Assembly: GCF_036321535.1 (NCBI RefSeq)
Contig: NC_087436.1
Span: 53,136,001-53,200,000 of the forward strand
Origin: Camelus dromedarius
Lineage: Eukaryota
Direction: 5' to 3'
DNA length: 64,000 nucleotides
Positions 45,901-60,000 of this stretch are shown here, piece by piece (the first letter of the stretch is position 1; each line of letters opens with the position of its first letter). The notes below the pieces were generated by a model that was given only the letters and a program-made list of their open reading frames with translations, had not been told where the DNA came from and did not search any database. Both the position numbers and the translations under genes were made by a program.

Positions 45901-47984
45901 ATCTGGAAGGGAGGCTGTGTCATAAATTGCGACGACTTTATTTCAGCCCAATCAATAAAATCCATGAAAGTTTTTTTTTTCTTTCTTTTGGCCATTCACT
46001 GATTATGGTGTACGCCCTCCTTGCTGAAGCTGTGCTAAGTAGAAATATAAGGACGATTAAGATAACTACTTTTTTATATATTTGCCCCACACCAAATTGC
46101 CTTAGTCCGCTTTATCCAGTTGTTAGTTTTTAAAAGACCACTAGGTAAACTGTATCTGTAACTAAATGAACCAGTTTTTTAATTCAGTGCTCAAGTAAAC
46201 TAAATTTCACACAAATAATTCTATAACTGCTATAAAATTTTTTGAACGTGACGAATGGATGAAAATGTACTATGAGGGAGGAATGCAAAACTCTGCCATG
46301 GAGCTTGTGTTTTGCTTAACAGATAATCCGAACAAACTAGCACATAGTGAAATGCTTATTTTATGGTATAGGCAGTAAGAGTTGGTACATACCTTTGTAT
46401 GTAAAGTGTGCAGCAAGCAGTAATTTATAGGATCTCAACCTAGCATCATTTTTGTTGTATTCCGTGCAATGCATCTAGCTTATTCAAACCTTGAAAAAAA
46501 TTCACTTACTACAGTGCATTTTCTTAATTGGGAATAACTTTAGAAATAATAATGATAATGATGTGGGCTAGCTCATGACCTTTCCTTGTATTTGATAGGC
46601 TGTTTAAAAACATTAATATGCAAAGATAGGCCAAATTAGATTTAATTTAGACTTCTTAGATAGGAAAGGCAAAAGCTCCCCCTAGTGTGCATGGACTTTA
46701 AAACATTGCTGTACATTTTTTTTTTTTAATTTTCACGTTATAGAGCCAATTAACATTTGCAGTTTTTGAACATAATAGAGAACTAGCGAAAAAAGATGCC
46801 ACAGATGAACAGAAATGTTCTTTCTTAGAATATTAATCACTGTTTCATGAAAGAGCAGTTTGTTTCCTCTGAATTTTAATTGTGCATTTAAGTTTGCACA
46901 TTTAGCTTAATGGGCATGTTTAGCTTGTGTTTTCTCCACCTTATATTGTTTTGGATACATTTCTTGCTGATTTTTTTTTTAATGTACTACCTTTGGAAAG
47001 GAAATAAAATATAAAGGATTCTAGAGATCACACTATATATTTTAAATTTTTCTTCTAATCTTTTCAGGCTTGCTTTGTTTCTCCTGTCTCCTGTTTCTTA
47101 AATTGAATGCTTACCTTATTTTCCAGATTTTAAAAGAAATTAATGAATGCACTCAAGGTTGTATATTTACCCCTAGTTACTTATTTTGCCTTTTTCTTAT
47201 CCTATTATTCGAATCTTTTAAATGCTCCAACATATTTTTTACTCTATTTTTCTGTCTGAATTCTGAGTCAGATTGTGAAAATGTCTTCTGATTAAGTACC
47301 TCTTGGACTCCAGGTAACCTGGAGTTTGTCTCATCTGTTGAAATTTTTATATCTTCATTTCCTGGTTTCCAAATTGGTTCTTTTTTATGGATTCTTGTTT
47401 TGCTATTTTTATGCGTGCTTTTGTTTTCCAATTTCCTGTTTTGTTTTTATGGTTCTTACTCCTTATCATCTGTGAAAGATTTCAACCACAGTTATTTTAA
47501 AGCCATTTTCACATTGCTTTATTATTTTCAGTTTGTATAGAGTGGATCTCGTGATTGTTGAATTTTTGAGGGGATGGTTCCTACTGTCATTTCTGTCTTT
47601 TTGTAATTTTGCTTTGCAGATTTATCTTGAAAGGAATTATAACTTTCCCCTCCAAACAACCTCTCTGTCTACCACTGATTTTGTGGTTACTCTTACCCAT
47701 GACCCTTTTCAGTGCTTCAGTCCACAGCAGCACTTGTATAGGTGGTTCAGAATTCTAATCATGTAATATTATAAGTTCATATGTCATCTCATGGCTGGGC
47801 AGAGTTTGTAGCCGAGAGGCCGTGTCTGCTCCCTTCAGTAGTTCCCCCAAGTAGTCAGCTTTGTATAAGCCATAGTCTGTAGTTGTACCTGTTTTCATGC
47901 TTTTTTCATGAAAGGAGAGGCCTTGCTCCCAGCACTAGTTTAAGGGCTCCCATCCTTTGTCTAGTATTATTCTTTTTCTCCCTA

Positions 47985-48318
47985 TTTTATTTTATTTTAT
48001 TTTTATTGACGTACAGTCAGTTATGATGTGTCAATTTCTGGTGTATAGCACAATGTTCCTGTCATGTATATACATACGTATATTTGTTTTCATATTCCTT
48101 TTCATTAAAGGTTATTACAAAATATTGAATATAGTTCCCTGTGCTATGCAGAAGAAACCTGTTTTTTTTTAATCTGTTTTTATATATAGTGGCTAATGTG
48201 CAAATCTCAAACACCCAAATTTATCCCTCCCCCCACCCTTTCCTCAGTAACCATAGGATTGTTTACTAAGTCTGCAAGTCTGTTTCTGTTTTGTAGATGA
48301 GTTCATAGTATCCTTTTT

Positions 48319-48370
<52 letters not shown>

Positions 48371-51300
48371 TTAGATTCCATATATGAGTGATATCATATG
48401 ATATTTTTCTCTTTCTGGTTTACTTCACTTAGAATGACGATCTCTAGGCCTATCCATATTGCTGCAAATGGCATTATTTCATTCTTTTTTATGGCTGAGT
48501 AGTATTCCTTTGTATATAAATAACACAGCTTCTTTATCCAGTCATCTGTTGATGTACATTTAAGTTGCTTCTATGTCTTGACTATTGTATATGGTGCTGC
48601 TATGAACATTGGGGTGCATGTTTCTTTTTGAATTAGAGTTCCCTCTGGATATATATCCAGGAGTGGGATTGCTGGATCATTGTTTGAGTCTGTAAGTCTG
48701 TTTTTAGTTTTCTGAGGAATCTCCACACTGTTTTCCATAATGGCTGCCCCAAATTACATTCCCACCAACAGTGTAGGAGGATTCCCTTTTCTTCACAGCC
48801 TCTCCAGCATTTATCATTCATGGACTTTTGAGTTATGGCCATTCTGACTGGTATGAGGTGATACCTCCTTGTAGTTTTGATTTGCAATTCCTGATAATTA
48901 ATGATATTGAGGATTTTTTTCATGTGCCTATTAGCCATTTGTATGTCTTCATTGGAGAATTGCTTGTTTAGGTCTTCTGCCCATTTTTGGATTGGGTTTT
49001 TGTTTTTTGTTACTAAGTTGAATGAGCTGTTTATATATTCTGGAAATTAAACCTTTGTCAGCTACATAATTTGTAAATATTTTCTCCCATTCCATAGGTT
49101 GTCGTTTTGTTTTGCTTATGGTTTCCTTTGCTGTGCAAAAGCTTCTAAGTTTAATTGGGCCCCATTTGTTATTTTTTGCTTTTATTTCTATTGCCTGGGT
49201 AGACTGCCCTAGGAGAACATTGCTAAAATTTATGTCAGAGACTATTTGCCTATGTTTTCTGTTAGGAGGTTTATCGCGTTTTGTCTTACATTTAAGTTCT
49301 TAAGCCATTTTGAGTTTATTTTTGTGTATAGTATGAGGGAGTGTTCTAACTTCATTGATTTACATGCTGCTATCCAGTTTTCCCAACACCACTTGCTGAA
49401 GAGATTGTTTTTCTCCATTGTATATTCTTGTCTCCTTTGTCGAAGATTAATTGACCATAGGTCTGTGGGTTTATTTCTGGGCTCTCTATTCTGTTCCATA
49501 GATCCATATGTCTGTTTTTATGCCAATACCACAGTATTTTGATTACTGTATCTCTATAGTATTGTCTGAAGTCTGGGAGGGTTATTCCTCCAGCTTTGTT
49601 CTTTTTCTTCAGTATTGCTTTGGCAATTCTGGATCTTTGTGATTCCATTTAAATTTTAGGATTCTTTGTTCTAGTTCTGTGAAAGATGTCCTGGATAATT
49701 TGATACGGATTGCATTAAATCTGTAGACTGCCTTGGGCCATTTTGACAATATTAATTCTTCCAGTCCAAGAGCATGGGATATCTTTCAATTTCTTTAATC
49801 ATCTTTAATTTCCTTAATCAGTGTTTTGTAGTTCTCCATGTATAAGTCTTTCACCTCCTTGGTCAAATTTATTCCTAAGTATGTTATTGTTTTGGATACG
49901 ATTTTAAAAGGTATTGTGTCTTTACTTTCTTTTCCTACTAATTCATTGTTAGTGTAAAGAAATGCAAGTGATTTTTGTATGTTAATCTTGTATCCTGCTA
50001 CCTTGCTGAATTCTTTTATCAGCTCTAATAGCTTGTTTGGAGCTTTTAGGAATATATATTCATGTCATCCACATATAGTGACAATTTTACTTCTCGTCCA
50101 ATTTGGATCTCTTTTATTTCTTTTTCTTGCCTAATTGTTGTGGCTAGGACTTTCAAGTCTATGTTGAATAGAAGCGGTGTGAATGGGCATCTTTGTCTTG
50201 TTCTAGATTTTAGTGGGAAGGCTCTCTTCTTGGTTTCACCGTTGAGTATTATGCTGGCTGTGGATTTGCCATAAATAGCTTTTATTATGTTGAGATATGT
50301 TCCCTCTATACCTACTTTAGTAAGAGTTTTTGTCATAATTGGTGCTGAATTTTATCAAATGCTTTTTCTGCATCTGTTGAGATGATCTTGTGATTGTCCT
50401 TTTTGTTGTTGTTGATATGGTGTATCACATTGATTGATTTGCATATGCTGAACTATCCTTGTGTCCCTGGGATGAATCCAACTTGATCATGGTGTATGAT
50501 CTTTTTTTATGTGCTGTTGGATTCCGTTTGTTAATATTTTGTTGAGGATTTTTGCATCTATGTTCCTCAGTGATACTGGCCTGTAATTTTCTTTTTTGGT
50601 AGTGTCTTTGTCTGGTTTTGGTATCAGGGTGATGATGGCTTCCTAGAATGAGTTTGGAAGTACTCCTTTCTCTTCTGTCTTTTGGAAGAGTTTGAGAAGG
50701 ACTAGTATGAATTCTCTGTATGTTTGGTAGAATTCCCCAGTGAAGCCATCTGGTCTTGGACTTTTGTTTTCAGGGAGGTTTTTTGTTGCTGATTCTATTT
50801 CATTTCTAGTGATTGGTCTGTTCAAGTGGTCTGTTTCTTCCTGATTCAGTCTTGGTGGTCTGTATGTTTCCAGAAACTGCTCCATTTCTTCTAACTTGTC
50901 CAGTTTGTTTCCATATAGTTGTTCATAGTATTCTCTTATGTTTTTTTGTATTTCTGTCATACTCTTTGTAATTTCTCCATTTTCCTTTCTTATTTTGTTT
51001 ATTTGTATTCTCTTTTTTTTTCTTCTTGGTGAGCCAAGCCAGATGTTTGTCAGTTTTGTTTAGTCTTACCAAAAAACAGCTCTTGTTTTGATTGATTTTT
51101 TTCTTGTTTTTTAAAATCTCTTACTTTACTTATTTCCTCCCTTGTCTTTATTATTTTCTTCATTCTGCTGACTTTAGGTTTTTGTTTGCTCTTCTTTTTC
51201 TAATTCTTTTAGGTGATAGGTTAGGTTGTTTATGGGGATTATTCTTTTTTTTGAAGAAGGCCTGTATCACTGTGAACTTCCCTCTTAGGACTGCTTTTGC

Positions 51301-53573
51301 TGCATCCCATAGATTTTGTGTGGTTGTGTTTTCATTGTCATTTGTCTCAAAGTATTTTTTACTTTCTTCTTTGATTTCGTCATTGACCTATTGGTTTTTT
51401 TAGTAGCATGTTGTTTAATCTCCATGCTCTCGTTTTTTTCTCCTTTTGTTTTCCTGTGGTTGATTTCTAGTTTTATGGCATTGTGGTCAGAAAAGATGCT
51501 TGAAATAATTTCTATCCTCTTAAATTTGTTGAGGCTTCTTTTGTCCACAAGTACACAATCTATCCTAGAGAATGTTCCATATGCACTTGAAAAGAATGTA
51601 TATTCTGTTTTTGCAGGATGTAATGCCCTAAAATTATCAACCAAGTCCAACTGTTCTGTTGTGTCATTTAGTATCTCCATTGCCTTATTGATTTTCTGTC
51701 TGGAAGATCTGTCCAATGATGTTAATAGGGTGTTAAAGTCTCCTATATGATTGTGTGCCCATTAATTTCTACCTTTATGTCTGTTAGTATTTGCTTTATG
51801 TATTTAAGTGCTCCTATATTGGGTGCGTATATGTTAACAAGTGTAATATCCTCATCTTGTATTGCTCCTTTAATCATTACATAGTGTCCTTTATCTTTTT
51901 TTGTGGCCTTTGCTTTAAAGTCTGTTTTGTCTGAAATCAGTATTGCTACTCCTGCCTTCTTGTAGTTTTCATTTGCGTGAAATATATTTTCCCATCCTTT
52001 CACTTTCATTCTATCTGTGTCCTTCACCCTATAGTGGGTCTCTTGTATGCAGCATGTTGTAGGTTCTTGTTTCATTATCCAATCTGCCACTCTGTGCCTT
52101 TTGATTGGAGCATTAGTCCATTGACATTTACAGTAATTATTGATAGATGTGGGGGTTTTTTGCCATTTTGAACTTAGTTTTCCAGTTGATTTGATATTTC
52201 CTCTTTGTTCCTTTCCTTTTCTTTTTCTTTTTGTGGTTTGATAATTTTCTTTTGTATTATCTTTGTTTCTTTTTGGTTTTTGTGACTCTATTTTGATTTC
52301 AATTTGTGATTACCCTGTTTTTCAAGTATATTAACCCATTACTGTATCTGTTTGCTTTAAACTGATAGTCATATAAGCTCAAACACATCCTAAGAAGAAC
52401 AAAAACAGAAGAGTAAATCTATATTTTCCTGATGCCTTCTCCCACCTTTAATGATTTCGATGTCCTCTTTTTTATCTTCTTGTTTATCCTGTTGCAACTC
52501 ATTGTAGTTACCACATTTCCAGTTATGATTTTCTCCTTTCTGTAGAGTCCTGCTTCTTTTCTATTTAGAGTAGATCTTTCAATATTTCTTTTAGCATAGG
52601 TCTAGTATTGCTGACTTCTTTTAATTTTTGCTTGTCTGTGAAATTCTTTAGCTCTCTTTCTATTCTAAAGGTTAGCTTTGCTGGATAAACTATCCTAGGT
52701 TGCAGCTCTTTCTCATTCAGGACTTTGAATGTATCTTGCCACTCCCTTCTGGCCAGCAGTGTTTGTGTTGAGAAATCAGCTGAAAGTCTTATGGGGGTTC
52801 CATTGTAAATAACTCATCGTTTTTCTCTTGCTGCCTTTAGAAACATTTCTTTATCTTTAACCTTGGTGATCTTAATTATATGTCTTGGTGTAGGTCTTTT
52901 TGGCTTCTTCTTTTAGGGGGCCCTCTGTGTTTCCTGTACTTGGATATCTGATTCCTTCTTTAGGTTTGGGAAGTTTTCAATCATGATTTCTTTAAATACC
53001 TTTTCAGCCCCCTTTGATATTTCTTCTCTTTCTGGGACCCCTGTTGTGCGTAGCTGGGCAAACTTTACATTATCCCATAAGTCCCTTATATTGTTTTTAC
53101 TGATTTTGTTCTGATTGGGTGACTTCTGTTACCTTGTCTTCTAAGTCACTTATTCATTCCTCTGCATTATCTAGTCTGCTTTGACTGCCTTTAGCTAGGC
53201 TCTCATCTCAGCCATTGAGAGTTTCCTGTTTTTACTTCTCTTGTTCTTTTAATTGGGAGTAGTTCCTGTGCTTCTTCATTTTACTCATAGCTCTCTGGCA
53301 CTGTGGATTATGGAGTATCAGTTATCTACTGTGGTCTTGAAGGGCTTTTTTTTTATTTTAAAGAAGATGCGTTCCTGTGTAAACTGTACATCTCTGATAA
53401 TTTTGTCTAAGGTTTGTTTTTAGTATGGATAGTTGCCATGTTTTTCTTCTGTGTTTGTTTGCTGTTACCCCTTTGATTGGGGGTGTGACTGATGTTGTGG
53501 TGATCAGAGCCTACTCTGGTTGTTGAGCAAACCTCCTTTTTGTTCTATGGTTATCACAGTCCTGATGGGGCCA
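47985..53573 (-). mobile_element. LINE-1, about 5.6 kb, decayed, in TRMT10A intron 1
   Basis: ORF2 endonuclease (CCIQETH, GVAILISDK) and RT (PLLFNI...YVDDM) fragments; tail read as T-run at ~47985; TSD TCCCTATTTT at 47979-47988 and 53574-53583. Confidence 0.93.
48317..48371 (+). repeat. (TTTC)n microsatellite inside L1
   Basis: About 13 perfect TTTC units. Confidence 0.95.
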
Positions 53574-55589
53574 TCCCTATTTTAAAGCTAGGAAAACTCT
53601 CAGCTGCCTTTACACACCAGACCCATCCAGTTCTTATTTTTAATTTTGTTAAAATTTTAACAATTTTAATTGTTTTCCCTTTTTATATTTTATCTACTGT
53701 TGTCTTATATTTCAAGATTGGGCTCAGGGTGCCTCAAAACATGAACTTTTTGCAGTGATCTCTAGGAAGTCTGTTCCAATTTGTTGATGCAGTGGCATAG
53801 GAATAGAACTAGAGCTATTTTTTTCTCATCTTTCAGTGACACAGGTCTTCTCAGAGCCCTCTAACAGCAGGATTGAAACAACATAGCTCTTTAACATCCT
53901 TTGGAAACCCTCATTTTTCTAAATAAAATTTTTGATTTCTGGGAGATAGTAGAATTAAATGTGGGTTTGAATCTTAGCTCCATCACTTTATTCAGTGAGT
54001 ATTTTGAGGACCTACTTTGTGCTGCATTTGCTCTAGGTGCCTTGTTTCTTAAGAATTAGTAGCTTTGTAACCTTGGGCAAGTTATTTAACCCTTGTACCT
54101 CCTTCCTTTGCAAAGTAGGTATATACTGTCTACCTCATAGGGTTGTTTTAAAGAGTAAATTAGAAAATAAAATTTTTGTTAAGCACAGTAAATTAATAAG
54201 TGTTTGCTATTACTGTTTTCATTACTTTTAAAAGTCCCTTGTAATATCGTATTCACTCATTTATTTATTCCACCAATATATGATAAGCATCTACTAAGTG
54301 CCGAGCACCGTGCTAGTATTGGCAGTATAATGTTGGTCAGAAGCAGACATTATCCCTGCCAGATGGAGTTTCCAGTGTAGAGTCAAATTTGAGATGTCAT
54401 TTCTTGGAGATGCTCTCCCAAACTAAGGATTCTGTTTGGTTGCTGATGTAAGGAAAACTTGTGAACTCTTACTTGGATTACTAGATGACTCCTTCCCCTT
54501 TTTAGTAATTTTGTGATCTAGTAAAATGCCAGGGCTTTTGCTCTAGTCCCCAAAGCACACATCTTAAAATTTTTTATCTTTCAGTCAAAATTTGGTAAAC
54601 TTTCTAGTTTGCTTAATTATCCCCATATATCCTGTTACAACACTGCAGTTTTAAAGAAAAAAGGAACCATAAATAAAACTACTGCTTAAATTATGTTTGG
54701 CAAAAGTTTTTGTCCTATTTTCTGAATTGTGGGAATTGACCTTTTTTCTTTTAGGTATTCTGCACTGACTTGTTAGCTGTCTCCGTAAAAGGGGAGAATC
54801 ATAAATTTTTCTTTAAGGCCAGTAAAACATTTGCAGGCTTCATGTTTAGTCTTTGGTGGGGATAAGTGACATATTTTTAAGCCTTGATATTAATAATCAA
54901 TTAAAGAGAAAAGAAATCTCAGTATTTCTAAGCCCTTTCCCTAATCTGAAGGCAAGTTCAGTTCTGAGCAATAGGTATAAAGATGTGGGTGGTTAAATCC
55001 AAATAAAGATGTTTGAAATGGCCCTAAGCATTCCACAGCTGATTACAGAGTTAACTTACATATTTTGGTTTTTAGCCATGACTTAAGTGGAATATTTACA
55101 ATGAAACTTACAACCAAATTTGTTTTCTGCACTGTCCAAAATGTAGAAATCTGTAACATATCTTTTGTCAAAAACCAATGCTGAGTGTATACCCAGATAA
55201 TGAGAATAACATTTTTCTTATACTATAGCTTTAAAGGCAACTATGAAAAGGTGTTTTTCATCTCTTTTTTTAATAATATAATTTTCTTTTATAAAACTAT
55301 TTTCAATGTATAAAATTTAGAAAATGTAGAAGCCATGGGTCAGAATTAAAGCATGTGTATATATGTTTTTTTAAAACAAAATTGGACATTATGTGTTGTT
55401 TTTTGTTTTGATTTTCTTATTTAACAATTCAGTTTCCCATTATCACTAAATAATTTTGGGAAGCATGGTTTTTCCTGGCTGCTTAGTATTTCCAGCCAGT
55501 GTTATAGATGAACTGTAATTTATTATTTAGTCCCCTTTTGCTGATATTCAAGTAGTTTCTAATTTTTTATTGTTAAAAATAACAGTACT

Positions 55590-55721
55590 GGGGGAGAGTA
55601 TAGCTCAGTGGTAGAGTACGTGCTTTGCATGTACGAGGTCGTGGGTTCAATCTCCAGTACTGCCATTAAATAAATAAGTAAATAAATAAATAAACCTAAT
55701 TAACCCCAAAAAACAAAATTA
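55590..55721 (+). mobile_element. tRNA-derived SINE, Vic-1-like (camelid)
   Basis: GGGGGAGAGTATAGCTCAGTGGTAGAG (A box), GGTTCAATCTCC (B box), AATAAATAAACCTAATTA tail; TSD AAAAATAACAG(T/C)AC at 55575-55588 / 55722-55735. Confidence 0.85.
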
Positions 55722-56098
55722 AAAAATAACAGCACATATATGCTTTTGCATTAATTTTGTGTATATTTCTGATTAATTTACAGAGATTTATTCTACGGAA
55801 ATAAGTTACTGGATGAAAGAGTATCAACATTTTAGAGCTCTTGAAACATATAGATCTGTGTAGCCTTCTGGAAAAACTGTGCCATGACTGCCAATAATGT
55901 ATGAAAATATCGCATTTCATAAAATGATCTTTGCCAGTAAATGACATTTAATTGCCTAAATTTATGTTTTTATTCATTACTGATATGGTTTCATTTTAAT
56001 CACATCCTTTGGTCTTTCTTTTTCATTTTACTTTTTTTCTACGTGAATCATTTGTTCATGTCAAAAGTTGCTTTTCAATTTTTCAGAAGCATCAAATA

Positions 56099-56283
56099 AT
56101 GTCATCTGAAATGTTACCAGCAGTTAGTGGGACTTCTAATGATGAAAAAAAACAAGACTTAAGTGAAGACCAGGAGGAGAACCAGAAGCCAGGATTAGGT
56201 GAAAGGTTTGAACCCATATCTAAAAGGCAAATGAAGAAGCTCATGAAACAGAAACAATGGGAAGAGCAACGAGAACTCCGCAA
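56099..56283 (+). CDS. TRMT10A: TRMT10A first coding exon, tRNA (guanine-N1)-methyltransferase 10A ([11 protein letters not shown]...[13 protein letters not shown])
   Basis: ATG at 56099, [22 protein letters not shown] motif, donor CAA|gtatgt, 185 coding nt; acceptor tttcag at 56086. Confidence 0.95.
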
Positions 56284-57031
56284 GTATGTTTCAAAATGCA
56301 TATATTCTACCCCTATTCAGAGATATGGAATATGGAATGTTGGACCTTGCATAGACCTTTGATATATTAAAAGTAATTGTGTTAATTAAAATTGGGGCTA
56401 TGCGTATTGTTAGCTAACACTGTCAATTGACTGCTAAAATTGTATGTGTTTTTGAATTCTTTTTAACAATGTTGATGAATTTACACTACACACTTTTCTC
56501 ACCCAGAACCTATTGTGAGTAGCTGCACAATTTCTGAAACAACTGATTTAGATGAGGGATAGCATCCATGTCCTAGATATGGAACAAAAATAACCACCTC
56601 AGAAAGGTCAAATTTGGGCCTCAGAAGATCTCAAATTTTACCAAAAGAACTATTACAGATTTTGGTGAGAGCAGTTGGGCTGAAGCTATTACTATATACA
56701 GACAAAATTTACTGGGAGAAAATAAACTGTAGTTGATGTACCTTAGAGAAAAAGTATATGAGTCTTTTTCACCAACAATTTTCCTTTTAATATGGTTATA
56801 AATATTACTCAAAAGTCATGTAGGTGAAGAATGATAAAATTCATCACAACTCTCAAATTTAGTATAAAGTTTTCTTAGTACATATAATGTGGTACCTACC
56901 AGTAATAAATGAAATTACTAGTATAGCTAGGATTTGTGTAGAAAGCATTATATTATTTTTGCAAATTTATTTCTTTTGTATCTAAAGCTTTTAGATAGAC
57001 CATATAAAATTGCTGGTATTTGAGAATTTTT

Positions 57032-60000
57032 ATTTATTTTTATCAAAGTATGGTTGATTAATAGTGTGTAATTTTCAGGTGTACGACAAAGTGATTCACT
57101 TATACATATACATATATATCTTCTTTTTCAGATTCTTTTCCATTATAGGTAATTATGAGTTATTGGATATAGTTCCCTGTGCTATACAATAGGTCCTTGT
57201 TTATCAATTTTATGTATAGTAGTGTGTATATGTTAATCCCAACCTCCTAATTTATCCCTCCCCACAAGCCCCTTTCTCCTTTGGTAACCATATTTTGTTC
57301 TTTATGAGTCTATTTCTAGTTTGTAAATAAGTTTACTTGTATCTTTTTTTAATTTTAGATTCCACATATAAGTGAAATCATATTTGCCTTTCTCTGTCTG
57401 ACTTCACGTCATATAATAATCTCATCCATGTTATTGCAAATGGTGTTATTTCATTCTTTTTTATGGCTGAATAATATTCCATTGTATAAATATACTATAT
57501 GTTCTTTATCCATTCACCGGTCCATGGACACTTAAGTTGATTCCGTGGCTTGGCTATTGTAAATAATACTGCTGTGAACATTGTGGTGCATGTGTCTTTT
57601 CGAGTTAGAGTTTTCTTCAGATATATGACCAGGAGTGAGATTGCTGGATCATATGGTAACTCTGTGTTTCATTTTTTAAGGAACCTCCGTACTTTTCTCC
57701 TGTGGCTGCAGCAATTTACATTCCCAATAGTGTAGAGGGCTCCTTTCCTCCACACCTTATCCAGCATATTATTTGTAGACTTTTTGATGATGGCCATTCT
57801 GACTAGTATGAGGTGATACCTCATTGTAGTTTTGATTTGCATTTCTTTAATAATAAGCGATGTTAAGCATCTTTTCATGTGCCTGTTGGCCATCTGATTA
57901 TCTTCTTTGTAGAAATGTCTGTTTAGGTGTTCTGTCCATTTTTTGGTTGGGTTGTTTTTTGATACTGAGCTGTAAGAACTGTCTGTGTATTTTGGAAGTA
58001 AATCTCTTGTTGGTCTCATCCTTCACAAATATATTCTCCCATTCCGTAGGTTGTCTTTTTGTTTTGTTTATGGTTTCCTTTGTTGTGCAAAAGCTTTTCA
58101 GTTTAATTAGGTCCCATTGGTTTATTTTTGCTTTTGTTTCCATTTCTAAAAGATGGATCCATAAAAATAGTACTGTGATTTACGTCAAGGAGTGTTCTGC
58201 CAATGTTTACCTCTAGGAGTTGTATAGTATCTGGTCTTACCTTTATGGCTTTAATCCATTTTGAGTTTATTTTGTTATATGGTGCTAGAGAATGTTCTAA
58301 TGTTATTCTTTTACATGTTGCTGTGTGGTTTTCCCAGCACCACTTATTGAGGAGACTGTCTTTTCTCCATTGTATATTCTTGCCCCCTTTGTTGTAGATT
58401 AATTGACCATAAGTGCATGGGTTTATTTTAGGGCTTTCTATCCCATTCCATTGGTCTTTGTATCTGTTTTTGTGCTAGTTCTACACTGTTTTGATTACTG
58501 TAGCTTTATGCAATAGTCTGAAGTCAGAGACTTTGATGCCTCCGACTGTTCTTCTTTCTCAAGATTCTTTTGCCTCTTCAGGGTTGTTTGTGTTTCCATA
58601 CAAATTTTCAATTTTTTTGTTCCAGTTCTTTGAAAAGTGCCATTGGTAATTTGATAGGGATTGCATTGAATCTCTCTATTGCCTTGGGTAGTCTGGCCGT
58701 TTTAACTAATGATGCTTGCAGTCCAGGAACACAATATATCTTTCCATCTGTTTGTGTTGTCTTCAGTTTCTTTCATCAGTATCTTATATCAGGGTACAGG
58801 TCTTTTGCCTCCTTAGGTAGGTTTATTCCTAGGTATTTTATTTTATTTTATTGATAGGATAGTAAATGAAATTATTTCCTTAGTTTCTTATCCTGATATT
58901 TCATTGTTACTGTATAGAAATACAACAGATGTCTGTGTATTAATTTAGTATCCTGCAACTTTCCTGAATTTATTGATAAATTCTAGTCGTGTCTTTAGGA
59001 TTTTCTATGTGTATAATAGCATGTCATCTGCAAACAATGACCATTTTACTTCTTCTTTTCCAACGTGGATTCCTTTTATTTCCTTTTCTTTTCTGATTGC
59101 TGTGGCTAGGATTTTCAAAACTATGCTGAATAAAAGTGGTGAGAGTGGACACCCTTGTCTTTTTCCTGATCTTAGAGGAAATGCTTTCAGCTTTTCCCCA
59201 TTAAGTATGATGTTAGCTGTGGGTTTGTCATATATGGCCTTTATTATGTTTAGGTATGTTCCCTTTGTGCCCACCTTCTGGAGAGTTTTTATCATAAATG
59301 GATGTCGAATTTTATCAAAAGCTTTTTCTACATCTATTGAGATGATAATATGGTTTTTATTCTTCAGTTTGTTAATGTGATGTATCACACTGATCAGTTT
59401 GCAGATATTAAAAAATCCTTGCACCCTGCGATAAATCTACCTTGATCATGGTGTATAATCCTTTTAATGTATTGTTGGATTTGGTTTGCTAATATTTTGT
59501 TGAGGATTTTTGCATCTGTATTCATCAGTAATAGTAACCTGTAATTTCCATTTTTTGTGATATTTTTCTTTGCATTGCTATCAGGGTGAATGGTGACCTC
59601 ATAGAATGAGTTTGGAAGTGCTCCATCCTCTTCAATTTTTGGAATAGTTTCAGAAGAATATAGACATCACCGTTTTTCTAAATGTTTGGTAGAATTCACC
59701 TGTGAAGCCATCTGGTCCTGGACTTTTGTTTGTTGCGGGTTTTTTAATTATTGATTCAATTTCATTACTGGTAATTTGTCTGTTCATATTTCTATTCCTT
59801 CCTTCCTAGTTTCTTGGGAGAGTCTGCCTTTCTAAGAATTTGTCCATTTCTTCTTGGTTGTCCATTTTATTGCCATATAGTTGCTTGTAGTAGCCTCTTA
59901 TGATCCTTTGTATTTCTGTGGTGTTGGTTGTAACTTCTTTTTCATTTCTGATTTTATTGATTTGGGCCCTCTCCCTTTTTTTCTTGATGAGTCTGGCTAA

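Noticed and set aside
55590..55665. tRNA-like sequences with A and B boxes (also 4335-4411)
   Set aside because: No proper acceptor stem; followed by a shared AT-rich tail, with a TSD on this copy, so these are SINEs rather than tRNA genes.
48633..59424. L1 ORF2 fragments as active reverse transcriptase genes
   Set aside because: Both L1 copies are broken by many stops and frameshifts.
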